64,000 nucleotides of DNA from Candidatus Latescibacterota bacterium (GTDB taxonomy: Bacteria; Latescibacterota; UBA2968): NCBI GenBank assembly GCA_965204375.1, contig OZ241986.1, forward strand, positions 928,001-992,000, in the 5' to 3' direction. Position numbers and translations under genes: made by a program. Positions 49,591 to 60,311 of the stretch are shown in pieces (position 1 is the stretch's first letter; each line of letters starts with the position of its first letter). The notes beneath the pieces are model-generated. The model made no database searches and had not been told where the DNA came from. It saw only the letters and a list, made by a program, of their open reading frames with translations.

Positions 49591-49744
49591 ACACGCTTTC
49601 CAGATCGCTCACGGTTTTCCATCCACGCCCCATAATAACCCCGTCCATCCAAAAAGGCAACAACCTCATAGCACATAAAGTAGGGATAGCCGTGATCGGG
49701 CGTCCAGTCCTTCTTGCGAAACTATGGTCTTCATTTTTTATGTT

Positions 49745-50728
49745 TTAAATCTCTTTGGGTGAAAGCAGAAAATGGTCGAACCACGCGACCATCTGCTCGA
49801 AGTACTCAACGAGAAAGCGATGATTGCCGTCGGGTTGATAGACTTTGAAACGATCATCGTGCCCTGTTGATGCATAGGCTTTTTGTACAACGGGTATAAG
49901 GGCATCGACGCCTTGACGCGGCATGTCTTCGTCCCGGGTGGGCGAGATCATCATAAAAGGTCGCGGGGGCATGCAGGTGGCTACGACGCACGGATGATCA
50001 AAATGACACAGGAAGTTAGGGATGTAGTAATAAGCACTGTGTCGTTCGTTGTCGCCGTGGTGAATGACGCTGGCCAGGCTACCAAGGCCACCACAGACAG
50101 TTACGCCTGCCGCGATCCAGGGAGCACACGCCATCGAATACCAGGTTGCGTTGCCGCCAAGCGACATGCCTGTCAGGCCAATGCGGCTTTTGTCAACGCC
50201 ATTTATCGCGCAAAGGATTCGAGCGGCTCTGAGTGTTTCTTCGACCAGAATGCCCATCTGGCTTCGTCCATAAGGAGCCAGGAGCTTGCTCTCGGTTGCC
50301 CATTCTTCAATGCTACGGCGCCTTCCTTCTGTGCCCTTGATCGAGATGGCCAGTGTGGTGAACCCTCTGCGTGTAAGTTCACGTCCCCAGCCGATCAATG
50401 GACCATCGGGAGATTGATGGAATTGTGGATGAGCGACCCGTTCTGCAGAACCGGACGTGCCAGAAATGCATACGATTCCCGGTCGCAATTTTCCAGTATG
50501 TCTAAGCGGTTCCATGAGGATGGCAGGAACGGTTTCGCGCAGTGAGTTCTGGTAGCTCAGGTGGGTGACGCGAATGTCTTCGGTTTCTCGCGTTTCTGAA
50601 GTTGTGAAATCTACATTGTCTGGGACTGTAACCAGCCCCAGAAGCTCTATGAGCTTTGCACGGATATCTGAGTCGGCAAGGTCAGATGTGGATGCTGGCT
50701 GGATGTCGGGTGGTATGATAGGTGACAT
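49745..50728 (-). CDS. Alpha/beta hydrolase (dienelactone hydrolase-like)
   Basis: VDKSRIGLTGMSLGG nucleophile elbow, PRP, GNH. Confidence 0.85.
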   Translation of the reverse strand: MSPIIPPDIQPASTSDLADSDIRAKLIELLGLVTVPDNVDFTTSETRETEDIRVTHLSYQNSLRETVPAILMEPLRHTGKLRPGIVCISGTSGSAERVAHPQFHQSPDGPLIGWGRELTRRGFTTLAISIKGTEGRRRSIEEWATESKLLAPYGRSQMGILVEETLRAARILCAINGVDKSRIGLTGMSLGGNATWYSMACAPWIAAGVTVCGGLGSLASVIHHGDNERHSAYYYIPNFLCHFDHPCVVATCMPPRPFMMISPTRDEDMPRQGVDALIPVVQKAYASTGHDDRFKVYQPDGNHRFLVEYFEQMVAWFDHFLLSPKEI

Positions 50729-50759
50729 ATCGAGAAACCTTTGATTCATTGGTTGCGGG

Positions 50760-51794
50760 CTACTCAAACCAATGAGGGGATTGTGGGCGCTTCGTGCGAA
50801 TCGACTCCAGTGCCGCCTCACAGATAGAAACGATGCGTGCACCCCATCGAGCCGGGATCGGATTACTGATTTTGCCGTCGAGCAGATTCAGATAATCGAC
50901 CACAGAGCGTCCCCAGCCGTGTCCTCCAATCACTTCATGGGCAGATGATTCTTCAATTGGAACTGGCTCATGGCCACGGCGGAAGAGTTGGCCTTTCCAC
51001 AACGTGCCCTCGGTGCCATATACGGCCAAAAAACCACCGCCCATTCCCTCGCCCATGCCATGTCCGGAGCAGCCGCTTGTCACAAAGACTTTGCCTGTGA
51101 CGCCATTTTCAAATTGAAGGATCACAATGTAACAGTCATCATCTGGAAACACCGGAATGCTGAGCTTATTGCTATAGGCATAGACCTCCGCAACCGGGGA
51201 TTCGACCGTCCACAAAATCAGATCAAGTGGGTGGCAGCCGCCGCCCAGCAGGATATTCTGGGGATTTTGCTGATCAATGCGCCAGGGTGTGTGGTTTTTG
51301 CCCTCGGGTGAATAATGACTCCACATGTCGTGGATGTAATCGCCCTGGACAAAGAAAACATCGCCAATCTCGCCGGATTGGGCCATCAGCACCATTTCGT
51401 GCCAGGGATGCAGGTAGCGCATGGTTTGGTCGGTCATGACGTGCCGGCCACTTTTTGCCTCCGCGTCGAGGATGCGTTGGGCATCTGCCACTGTGGTTGC
51501 AAGCGGTTTTTCCACCAGGACGTGGCAGCCCTGCTCCAATGCCAGGACAGTCTGGTCGGCGTGCAGGTGATCCGGTCCTGCCACGACTACAACATCGGGC
51601 TGCGTTTCTCGCAAGAGTCGAGCGTACTCGTGACCAGTCGAGGCATCCGGATATTGTTCCTGCATAATGTCCAACTGCGCTGGCTGTGGATCGACGAGAC
51701 CCACAATTTCTCCACATCCATCGGCGGCGGCTACCTGAGCCACGTTACGGCCAGCGCTTCCACAGCCGCTAATCAAGAATTTGTAACGCTTCAT
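50760..51794 (-). CDS. Gfo/Idh/MocA oxidoreductase
   Basis: GCGSAG, PDHLHA, HVLVEKPLA, GCHPLD. Confidence 0.95.
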   Translation of the reverse strand: MKRYKFLISGCGSAGRNVAQVAAADGCGEIVGLVDPQPAQLDIMQEQYPDASTGHEYARLLRETQPDVVVVAGPDHLHADQTVLALEQGCHVLVEKPLATTVADAQRILDAEAKSGRHVMTDQTMRYLHPWHEMVLMAQSGEIGDVFFVQGDYIHDMWSHYSPEGKNHTPWRIDQQNPQNILLGGGCHPLDLILWTVESPVAEVYAYSNKLSIPVFPDDDCYIVILQFENGVTGKVFVTSGCSGHGMGEGMGGGFLAVYGTEGTLWKGQLFRRGHEPVPIEESSAHEVIGGHGWGRSVVDYLNLLDGKISNPIPARWGARIVSICEAALESIRTKRPQSPHWFE

Positions 51795-51854
51795 GGCAAA
51801 GACCTCAATAATGGTTCCATGTGCCCTCCATTGCCTCTGAAATTTGAACGTTCA

Positions 51855-52640
51855 CTACCTTCTTTTTTTATTAATTTCAGCGATGGTATCGCCGGTTATT
51901 TTGACAGTGTGGGTATCTACTCGCTCAACGTCCTCACGGGTAGCTCTGGCCTCGGCACTGGTAGCGGACTGATATTCGGTCGCGAAAATATACGGAGATG
52001 GGATTGTATAAGGTGCGATTTCTCCGATCCGCCCCATGGCCTTGCGCGCGCCCTCCCGGATCAAATCTCGAGCTTTAGTGGGGGAGAGGGAGAGGGCAGC
52101 CGTGCGGCTGAGCCCCTCTTTTACGACAACGCCTTCGATGGTGGGAACGTAACGTCGGGCTTCATCTACAGCAGCCTGATCCCCGCTGACAAAAACCGTG
52201 GGCACGCCAACCTCACCGGCATGAGCCATGTTGAAACCAATTTCGCCGATCAGTTCATCGTTCAACCAGCAGTTGGCAATGCTTCGGGAACTCCAACTGT
52301 GACACAGCACACCATCAGGGGTGTTCTCCATCGCGTGATGGCCATACAAAAACTGCGCCTCAAATGTCAATCCCATCTCCCACGCAGAACCTCTGGGGCG
52401 GCCGTATATCACCCGGGCTTCGCGGTGGATATGTTCGATATTGATTCCACCACTGCCGTGTCCATCCAGCACGATAGGGTCTGTGGCGCCTCCTTCCATA
52501 GCACCGTCTATGAGGGCGTTGATCTCCAGAGTGGCGAGATATTTGGCCTGTTCGTTGTCGCGCCCCCCGTCGTAAGTTTGAGTTTTGAAATCTACGACGC
52601 CGGCAGTGCCCTCCAGATCGCATAAGATAAGAATTCTCAT
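51855..52640 (-). CDS. M55-family D-aminopeptidase (DppA-like)
   Basis: CDLEG, DGHGSG, GHHAM, LCHS, GEIG, VSGD, VKEG. Confidence 0.92.
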   Translation of the reverse strand: MRILILCDLEGTAGVVDFKTQTYDGGRDNEQAKYLATLEINALIDGAMEGGATDPIVLDGHGSGGINIEHIHREARVIYGRPRGSAWEMGLTFEAQFLYGHHAMENTPDGVLCHSWSSRSIANCWLNDELIGEIGFNMAHAGEVGVPTVFVSGDQAAVDEARRYVPTIEGVVVKEGLSRTAALSLSPTKARDLIREGARKAMGRIGEIAPYTIPSPYIFATEYQSATSAEARATREDVERVDTHTVKITGDTIAEINKKRR

Positions 52641-52850
52641 GGAAAGTCTCCTGATGAACATGGCGGAAGATGTTTTACGTTATCAAAGTACATGATTGTG
52701 GGGCGATCCTGCAAGCAGAGATGCGCCCGCCTCTCTTCCAACGAGAGATGCTCCGTCCAATTGCGTTTGACTCCGGCATGGTCACTTCCTATCTTGCCCC
52801 TGAAAGATATTTTGCTACCTGAATCGTTTTTTTAGAGGAGGATCGGAAGG

Positions 52851-54116
52851 ATGGCGGTTAAACCGGATTTTCGCAAACCAGCGCCGGAAGGGGTGGTGGA
52901 GCAGACCGGCATCGGTTCCGGTACAGGCAATGGGATGGTGGCTTTAGACGACGGCTCCCTGATGATGGTTGTGGGGAGCCACTGCCATATCTCGACCGAC
53001 GGCGGCCAGACCTGGGGCGAGTCGCGACCGCTGAACTGCGAGGCGATGGGAAGTTCTTCCAACCTGTCGTGTATAGAGCTGCAGTCGGGCAAGCTGGCAC
53101 TGGCGCACCGGGGCAGGGAGGAGGCGGGAAGGGGGACGGAAATGTTCAACTGGAATCCCTTTTATTTTTCGGTGTCGGAAGACGACGGCCAGACCTGGGC
53201 GGGCGCGTGGCCGATGAGTCTGCTGGGTGGGCCGTACCACGATGCAATGATTCAGCTGTCGAGCGGGCGGCTGCTGATGCCCAGCCGGATCTGTCACAGC
53301 AACAACCAGCATCCGGGTTTGGAATACGAGCGGGTGAGCAGTTACGGGATCTGGAAGGGGCTGCGGTTGCAGGTAAGCGGACATTATCACTATCCAGAGG
53401 TAGATATCGCCGCGGTGAGTTATTCGGACGACGAGGGACAGACGTGGCAGCAGTGTCAGGGGCAGTTGATGGGCTGGTTCGACGCGGAGGGCATTCCCAA
53501 CGGGCGCGGAGGAATCACGGCGGTGGATGAACCGAGCGTGGCGGAATGCGCGGATGGGCGGGTGGTGCTGATGGCGCGATCCACAGTGGGGCGGCTGGTA
53601 CAGAGCGCCAGCGAAGATGGCGGCCAGACCTGGACGCCGATTTTGCCGAGCGATCTGGCGAGTTCGTATTCGCCGCCGAGGTTGCGGCGGATTCCGAGCA
53701 CGGGCGACTTACTGTGTGTGTGGAACCAGGTGTCGCGGGATGAGATCAAACGGGGCTATCGGCGGGGGAGACTGTCGGCGGCGATTTCCAGGGACAGTGG
53801 TGCGAGTTGGGAGCGGTTCAAGACTATCGAGGTGAGCGACGGTATGGAGGACATGGAGCGGGTGGTGCCGCAAGAGCCGATTACGCCGGTGGTTGGGCTG
53901 CCCGAATTGGGCACGCTGCCAGAGGGTTTTGCCACCTTCGACTACCCCAATGTGTGGTTTGCGAACGATAAGGTGTTCCTGACCTACCATCGAAGCTGGG
54001 TCGAAGTAGATGAGGACGCCGGAGAAGCGGTGACACTGGGGGAACGGAAAGGGAGGGCGAGGAAACCGCGCGAGATGGTGCTGCGCATTTATCCATTGGC
54101 GGCGTTTTACCGCTGA
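52851..54116 (+). CDS. BNR/Asp-box sialidase-like protein
   Basis: Five Asp boxes (STDGGQTW, SEDDGQTW, SDDEGQTW, SEDGGQTW, SRDSGASW), DEP, DYP. Confidence 0.92.
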   Translation: MAVKPDFRKPAPEGVVEQTGIGSGTGNGMVALDDGSLMMVVGSHCHISTDGGQTWGESRPLNCEAMGSSSNLSCIELQSGKLALAHRGREEAGRGTEMFNWNPFYFSVSEDDGQTWAGAWPMSLLGGPYHDAMIQLSSGRLLMPSRICHSNNQHPGLEYERVSSYGIWKGLRLQVSGHYHYPEVDIAAVSYSDDEGQTWQQCQGQLMGWFDAEGIPNGRGGITAVDEPSVAECADGRVVLMARSTVGRLVQSASEDGGQTWTPILPSDLASSYSPPRLRRIPSTGDLLCVWNQVSRDEIKRGYRRGRLSAAISRDSGASWERFKTIEVSDGMEDMERVVPQEPITPVVGLPELGTLPEGFATFDYPNVWFANDKVFLTYHRSWVEVDEDAGEAVTLGERKGRARKPREMVLRIYPLAAFYR

Positions 54117-54124
54117 AATGTCGT

Positions 54125-55363
54125 TTATTCTATTTTTGTATAGTCTGAAGTGAGCGTTAAACCACCCGACTTCACATTCATAAAGCAGGCAGTTGTTCCC
54201 TCGGGCTGCGTGGCGGTTACCACCCACTGATCAGCCTTTCTCTTCAGCTTTGCAGGTGATTCGAACCACTTCCTGTTACCGGTTATCCCAGTATCAGTAG
54301 TTGATATTAGAATGGCCTCATCCAAAGGCCTTGATGATTCAAAAATCACTGTGAACTGCCCGTTCTCTGTCTCGGACGAAATTTGCCTGGCCCAGAGTTT
54401 GCCCTCTTTGATAACGCTGTCTGCGAAGGCATAGCTATCCGGCGGTTTCATGCCGGCCTGGTGTCCGTGTTTCATGTCGGGGATCAGACATACCATGTAG
54501 GGCCCAGATACCGTGCGATAGCAGGAAGCCTGTTTGTCCAATGGAAAGTGTTGATCTCCCGGCCAGGAGAGCCAGAGGGTCGGGGTTTCCACTTTTTTTA
54601 AGCGCAGCACAGGATCCCAGACCTCTTTGTAAAGGTCATTATCTCCAAGCGCCCTGCCGTATTGATTGGCCGCCTGGGATAGGTTCCCGCATCCGTACGT
54701 CAAAATGGCAAAAGCGAAGCGGTCGTCGATACCGATAACAGTGCTTGCAATAATGCCTCCCCAGGAGATACCCATCAGGCCGACTTTCGTACTATCTACC
54801 TGCGGCAGGGAACGAAGTAGCGAGTTAGCGAGGATTGCATCGGCAACGGCGTGATATATCCACTGTTCTTCAATCGGTTTGTCGGAGTCCCCGTAAATAC
54901 CTGCGCGAACTGGTCCTGACCAGGGATGTTTTTTCCACCTGTTGCGCCTATTGTCGCCGGGTTTCCCGGGATCCCGTTCATCTATCTGCCCTTCCACTGC
55001 GATACTGATTGCCGCGTATCCGCGGGCATTCCACTTTTCAACCCACTCCTTAAAGGCGGTTCCGCCACCGCCATGGACTAACAGGATCCCCGGGACCTTG
55101 TGGTTCGACGATGCATCCTCAGGGATACCGATCCAGGCATAGACGCGGGTTGGTTTTCCCTCGTACATAAGCGCATCAAAGTAGATCGTCTTCAATTCCC
55201 CTGCGCCAATACTGACAATTTGCTCTTTTTCATTGCGGACAACCGGCGCGTCTGTCAGCTCAGCCAGTGCGAGTATTTTTGTTTCCTCTGTGCGGTAATC
55301 AGCTTGCACGCTCAAAGTCCTCAGCATTGCTGTAAAAATAACCGTCCATTTAATCATTCTCAT
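54125..55363 (-). CDS. Secreted esterase (acetyl xylan esterase-like alpha/beta hydrolase)
   Basis: Signal peptide, LVHGGGG, GISWGG, DQHF, HGH. Confidence 0.85.
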   Translation of the reverse strand: MRMIKWTVIFTAMLRTLSVQADYRTEETKILALAELTDAPVVRNEKEQIVSIGAGELKTIYFDALMYEGKPTRVYAWIGIPEDASSNHKVPGILLVHGGGGTAFKEWVEKWNARGYAAISIAVEGQIDERDPGKPGDNRRNRWKKHPWSGPVRAGIYGDSDKPIEEQWIYHAVADAILANSLLRSLPQVDSTKVGLMGISWGGIIASTVIGIDDRFAFAILTYGCGNLSQAANQYGRALGDNDLYKEVWDPVLRLKKVETPTLWLSWPGDQHFPLDKQASCYRTVSGPYMVCLIPDMKHGHQAGMKPPDSYAFADSVIKEGKLWARQISSETENGQFTVIFESSRPLDEAILISTTDTGITGNRKWFESPAKLKRKADQWVVTATQPEGTTACFMNVKSGGLTLTSDYTKIE

Positions 55364-55423
55364 TTGAAGGGCTTCCGCTTCATCGAAGTATCATAACTTT
55401 TTCCTATTTCCCTTAATCCCGAA

Positions 55424-56461
55424 TTAGTCGAGTCTCCCTTGATAGCAGGCATCATCCCACAGGGTCGCGCGGAAGCGTGGCTCATTACCCGTTAGTACTG
55501 CAACCGCATCCTTGCACGCATCGGTGAAACAACGTCGATGGCAGAAATCCGTGCCTCCTGCGATATGTGGGGTTGCCAATACGTTGGGATGCCGACGAAA
55601 CCATGCATCGGGCGGGGGAGGTTCCGGTGCGAACACATCAATCGCCGCAGCAATCTCCCCGGCCTCAATGCGTTCCCACAGCGCGTCCTGCTCAACCACT
55701 GCCATGCGCGTAACAAGCACGAACAAAGCACCCCGTGGCAAGGCGTTGATGACTTCTCTGCTGATAATCTGCTGGGTTGTTGGCGTTGGAGGAAGGCCGA
55801 CGACGAAGATTTCACTGGACGCAGCCAGTTCCACGAGTGACAGGGCGCGCTCGACACCGTGTGCTGCAAGTGCGGCATCTGCGACATAGGGGTCGTAGCT
55901 TCTCGTGGTACACCTGAATGGCGCAATCAGTTCGGCGTAACGCCGGTTGATGCTGCCGAATCCGGCGAGTCCCACACGCCTGCCTGTCAGGTCACCGTGG
56001 ACAAAGCCCGGCTTGTTCCACGCATGAGACTTCCATTTGCCCTGGCGTGCGAGGTAGAGCGATTCGGGGATATCGCGAATGAGATTGAGTGTCATGGCGA
56101 GCGCAAACTCGGCAACCGATGGCGTCATGCTGCGCGAAGTATCAATAAGCGGGATGTCGCGGTCTGCCAACTCCTGCAGGTCAACCCAATCATTGAAGCG
56201 ATTGTCAAACGTTCCCGCCAGGACCTTCATCCGCTCGGCAGATTGCCAATCTTTAGGGGTGGTTGCAGGACGATGCCAGGGGCCTATCACAATACCATCG
56301 GCAATGGGAAAACGCTTGAGGAATCGCGTGAATGCTTCCTTGTCCTGTTGATCAGTTTGGCGGATGATTTCGACTTCGCCATGAGCCTCAAGGAACGCAC
56401 AGCCTTCGTCGGTGTACTTCCGCTGTCGATGGGAATCCGTCTCGAACACAAGAAAGTGCAT
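55424..56461 (-). CDS. D-isomer-specific 2-hydroxyacid dehydrogenase
   Basis: SVAEFAL, GRRVGLAGFG, AAIDVFAPEP, ATPHIAGG. GGAGG RBS before ATG 56461. Confidence 0.92.
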   Translation of the reverse strand: MHFLVFETDSHRQRKYTDEGCAFLEAHGEVEIIRQTDQQDKEAFTRFLKRFPIADGIVIGPWHRPATTPKDWQSAERMKVLAGTFDNRFNDWVDLQELADRDIPLIDTSRSMTPSVAEFALAMTLNLIRDIPESLYLARQGKWKSHAWNKPGFVHGDLTGRRVGLAGFGSINRRYAELIAPFRCTTRSYDPYVADAALAAHGVERALSLVELAASSEIFVVGLPPTPTTQQIISREVINALPRGALFVLVTRMAVVEQDALWERIEAGEIAAAIDVFAPEPPPPDAWFRRHPNVLATPHIAGGTDFCHRRCFTDACKDAVAVLTGNEPRFRATLWDDACYQGRLD

Positions 56462-56537
56462 GGACTTACCTCCAAATACTTTGCTAATATCAGTTTTGTG
56501 GAAAATGGGCGACTGTCTCGCCGATTGCCTCCCGTGT

Positions 56538-57620
56538 CTATTCACCATTCGACAGCCGTGCGACCTCCCCGCGCAGTCGGGCATTCTCTGTTACGATCTT
56601 GCCAGTGCGAACGTCTTCCTCTCTGAACTTTGCCATGAAAACCGCTCCGTTTGGCGTGCGATTGTAATCATAAATGATGTAGATTGTTCCATCGCCTGCC
56701 TGCACGCCATCGGGATAGGTGACCTTCTCCCTTTCATCCAGCATGAGTTCGCCCTGCCACGTCTGGCCTTCATCGTCGGATACAAACGCCACTAGTTTCT
56801 CGCGTCTCGTCTTTTCGGTCATGGATCCATGCTTGACCAATAACAATGCGCCAGATTTCAAACGACGCACAAAAAACCGGGTGGTCGGATGTGGTATTTT
56901 AAGACGTTCAACGGGCGACCATGTCTTTCCATGATCGTAAGAAACTGTCTGGCCGATGCCACGGACCCGCACCAGCATCCAGAGTGAGCCATCCTTTCGT
57001 TCAACAATCATCGGTTCATCAGGGCCCCGCAATTCCGCGTTATCAATATTGGCAGTACCACGAAGCTCGAAGGTCTTGCCCTGATCGCGCGAGGCGTAGA
57101 CCTTGATGCTGTTGTCAGTCTTCCATACAGACGAGGTAAAGAGCCAGTCGCCATCCGATAGTACCGTTGGTTTGTTTAGCATAATGCCATTGCCCAATCG
57201 ACGCGGTTTCGTCCATGTTGGATTCTCAGCATCTGGATTGCTGGTGACAATGGTCCATATGCCGTAACGGCCATCTTGTTGACCAAGACTCTGTCCCCAG
57301 AAAACCCACATCCGATCCTGGGGATCGATCCAGATGGAAGCGGACATAGCCCGAACGTCCCTACAGGGCAGTATCATGACTTTTGGATCTGACCAGGTGT
57401 GCCCATCGTCATCACTCCGAATCAAGACTTGGTAGTTTCGCGGGCTTTCGACATCCCGCCCGTAAACTGCCCACAACCGTCCCTTAGTAGTGCGTTCGAT
57501 GCTTGGCACGCCCTGTCGTGTGGTCGGCGGCACATGCTGTTTCCACGGATTGACAATAACCGTCGCCGGTTCGAGTGCAATATCGGCATCACGCTGTTTC
57601 TCAGGTTCTGCATCTGTCAT
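56538..57620 (-). CDS. BNR/Asp-box sialidase-like protein
   Basis: QGVPSIE, SDDDGHTW, SRDQGKTF, SYDHGKTW, SDDEGQTW, TYPD. Confidence 0.92.
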   Translation of the reverse strand: MTDAEPEKQRDADIALEPATVIVNPWKQHVPPTTRQGVPSIERTTKGRLWAVYGRDVESPRNYQVLIRSDDDGHTWSDPKVMILPCRDVRAMSASIWIDPQDRMWVFWGQSLGQQDGRYGIWTIVTSNPDAENPTWTKPRRLGNGIMLNKPTVLSDGDWLFTSSVWKTDNSIKVYASRDQGKTFELRGTANIDNAELRGPDEPMIVERKDGSLWMLVRVRGIGQTVSYDHGKTWSPVERLKIPHPTTRFFVRRLKSGALLLVKHGSMTEKTRREKLVAFVSDDEGQTWQGELMLDEREKVTYPDGVQAGDGTIYIIYDYNRTPNGAVFMAKFREEDVRTGKIVTENARLRGEVARLSNGE

Positions 57621-57805
57621 GTTGTTTTCCTCAATTGTTTTGGGGCGTGCGATTCCCGCAAAAACGCAAAGGTCACAAATAGTGCAAAGAATGCCGAAAG
57701 GACTGCCAACAACATCGGCAATACGGGAAGGTTGACGAGAGTACTCAGGAAGATGATGAACGCCATCAAGCCGATGGCATACATCCTGTGCAGGTCAGAT
57801 GTCAT
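57617..57805 (-). pseudogene. Hollowed MFS transporter remnant
   Basis: First TM helix (MTSDLHRMYAIGLMAFIIFLSTLVNLPVLP) fused in frame to the last helix. 57638..57712 is 72/75 identical to 63208..63282. Confidence 0.88.
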
Positions 57806-57930
57806 TACCCTTCCTCTATAGGGTAGTTGGATCGTTGGTATAAAAAACATTGTTCACAACAGTGTTATCCCTCCCTGTTGGAGCAGGGATATTTTTCTGA
57901 TCAAGATAGTCCACCCATACCATATCGTTC

Positions 57931-58917
57931 TCAGCCTGCGAAGTCCTGGATTCTTTGATATACGCTCAATTTGGCCTGATCCAATTCCTGCCCATACTCC
58001 TGGAAAAACAAAGGAATCCACTCATTGCCAAGGTTTCTGCGAATGGTGTAACAGACTGCGACAAAGTCGAGATACCGATCTCCGACTCCTGCATAGCCCA
58101 AATCAATGTAGCCACTTATACGGCCATCGTGGATCATAACGTTGGGCAGGCAATAATCCCCGTGGGTGAATACCATGTCCTCTGGCGGGAGGTCGGTCCG
58201 TATGCTGTCCAGCTCATCCCGAAGAACCTTCCTCGTTTCACCATTTGGTATCTGACTATCTAACACACCTGCGTCAATCAGGTCTGTCGTCCACACAAGA
58301 TAGTGCTCAAAACGGCGATCCAATGGGCACGAGTTGACAGGTATCGCGTGAATCTCGCGAAGTCCATGGGCAAACAGGCGTACGAGGCCAGGAATATCAC
58401 TTTTGGCGTCTTTATGGATACCAGAGACACCAGCGATTCGGGTCATGAGCAGATACTGAGTACTATCCTCCTCGTGGTAGCAAACCACGCGAGGCACACT
58501 CAATTTGCCGTGCAGCCAGGACATGGCGGCCTTTTCAGCGAGAAGGTCAGGCTCCTGCGGCACAGCAAGCGAATCTCTGACTTTGAGGAACAAGCCGCGT
58601 TTACTCGGGTGGGTAAATGAGAATACATCGGCGCACGATGCTGTCCTGAGATTGTTGCCATTTGAGGTGAAACTCTTCAGGTGGACTTGAACCGAATTTG
58701 GTAGATCCTGGTTTTTCAAGGCTAACCTGTCTTTGAGAGTTACGTTGACGATTGTCTTTAACTGGGGGAGGTTATCCTGGGTCGAGATTTCATCCAGAGC
58801 CCCACTTCGATAGAGGATGCTTGACTTGAAGAACTCAGACCCAAGAATTTGATTCAAGCTGTTTCCAACATCGCGAAAGTTTTTCACTCCGAGCATATCA
58901 CTACCCAGTTCAGTCAA
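57931..58917 (-). CDS. APH(3')-like phosphotransferase, with about 60 aa of a tyrosine-phosphatase N-terminus fused upstream
   Basis: NFRDVG...LYRSG fragment, then LFLK, VPRV, FTHGDYCLPNV, IDLGYAGVGDRYLD. Alternative TTG start at 58719. Confidence 0.8.
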   Translation of the reverse strand: MTELGSDMLGVKNFRDVGNSLNQILGSEFFKSSILYRSGALDEISTQDNLPQLKTIVNVTLKDRLALKNQDLPNSVQVHLKSFTSNGNNLRTASCADVFSFTHPSKRGLFLKVRDSLAVPQEPDLLAEKAAMSWLHGKLSVPRVVCYHEEDSTQYLLMTRIAGVSGIHKDAKSDIPGLVRLFAHGLREIHAIPVNSCPLDRRFEHYLVWTTDLIDAGVLDSQIPNGETRKVLRDELDSIRTDLPPEDMVFTHGDYCLPNVMIHDGRISGYIDLGYAGVGDRYLDFVAVCYTIRRNLGNEWIPLFFQEYGQELDQAKLSVYQRIQDFAG

Positions 58918-59513
58918 ACCAGGATTCCTCTGGAGACCAGATAGGATTCGAGTGTCTCTACGGTTGTGTAGTGATGGGTATTCAGCCCAACGGAAATGGC
59001 AGTTTCGACGTTTGGCAGCCTGTCGTCGATGAACAGGGATTCCTCTGCAGCAACGCGCATGGTTCGCAGCACATGTGTGAACGCCCGAGGATCACTCTTG
59101 GTGAATCCAGTCTCATATGAATAGAACTGCCGCTCAAAGACCTTCAAAAAAGGGTAATTTTGTCTGACGAAATAACTCCATTCTCTTGCATGATCTGACA
59201 GGATGACTACATCCATCTTCTCTACCAATGATGTAACGAGTGCGATTGCGCGATTGTCGGATCGAAGAAGGTTCCGCCTTATAATTTCTTTCATCTCCTC
59301 TACAGTGATTGGCCAGGAGTTATCGGAGATTATTTCGCTAAAATACTCGTCCTCTGTTATACGCCCCACAAACAAAGTTGCGAGCAGATTCCCACCAAAG
59401 CATGGCAGGATTTCATCTTGTGGGATTCCCAGTATTGGCTGAAGTTCTACTTCTATTCCGTACAGGCCAGAAATAAGTACCTCAGAGAGATCGGAGATGA
59501 TGAGCCTTATCAT
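58914..59513 (-). CDS. HAD-superfamily hydrolase (YihX-like)
   Basis: ISDLSEVL, ILSD, SYETGFTK, LFIDDR..NV..A..VG. Confidence 0.85.
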   Translation of the reverse strand: MIRLIISDLSEVLISGLYGIEVELQPILGIPQDEILPCFGGNLLATLFVGRITEDEYFSEIISDNSWPITVEEMKEIIRRNLLRSDNRAIALVTSLVEKMDVVILSDHAREWSYFVRQNYPFLKVFERQFYSYETGFTKSDPRAFTHVLRTMRVAAEESLFIDDRLPNVETAISVGLNTHHYTTVETLESYLVSRGILV

Positions 59514-59687
59514 AGGGCTGTGATTCTTTCGGCAAATAAGCCTTGGAGTTTCAAAATCGGACCGTAGTGCTTTACCAACATAACCCCCATTTTATTTTCA
59601 TATTATGATCTCTCCTACTTTTTCGTAGGAACTTCTTAAGTTGGGAATCTGCATATAGCATTTATCCTAATCTAAACAGAAGCCAGT

Positions 59688-60284
59688 TTACCACTTATCC
59701 AGATTGCGATGAAAAAAACTCATAATAACTCTGGAATCTGGTCTATCCATATACGCCATGTCTGAAAAATAACATCTACTATCAGGATCACACATTATCG
59801 AATTGAGAGGCGCACCAGGCATAGTTTTTTGGCTTTGATTGGCAGTAAATAGCACTTCCATTTGCCAACTATGAAGAAGGGGAGTAGCCTCACTGTGAAC
59901 CAGAGCAATGCAATTGTGCCAGGTGCCAAAAGTTGAGCCACCAACAGAACGTATTTTTTTTATATAATGGTCAATAATCTGCTGATCTGTGATCTCTTGC
60001 TCTTGGGAACAAATTCGCCGGACAAAGACGTTAGGTTGCTCCTTATTTGACAATCCAGTGATCACCAGTCCAGAATCAATTGCAAAAGATGGGAGGTCCG
60101 ATGTTTGATAATAAGCTATTGCCTTTTTAATAGCATTCTTTTCAGGGGTATCACCGTCTTCGGTTACATCTAATTTTAATCCTAATTGGATAGGGTCTAT
60201 AATTTCAATTGAAAACGGTGATAAAATATGTCTAACATGACGAATTTTTTCTTTATTGGCTGTTCCAAATAAAATCTTCTTCAT
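59688..60284 (-). CDS. Ham1/ITPase-family non-canonical NTP pyrophosphatase
   Basis: FGTANKEK, EDGDTPEKNAIKKA, AIDSGL. Confidence 0.85.
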   Translation of the reverse strand: MKKILFGTANKEKIRHVRHILSPFSIEIIDPIQLGLKLDVTEDGDTPEKNAIKKAIAYYQTSDLPSFAIDSGLVITGLSNKEQPNVFVRRICSQEQEITDQQIIDHYIKKIRSVGGSTFGTWHNCIALVHSEATPLLHSWQMEVLFTANQSQKTMPGAPLNSIMCDPDSRCYFSDMAYMDRPDSRVIMSFFHRNLDKW

Positions 60285-60311
60285 TAAGAATTAAACCTCT
60301 GTAGTAAATTT

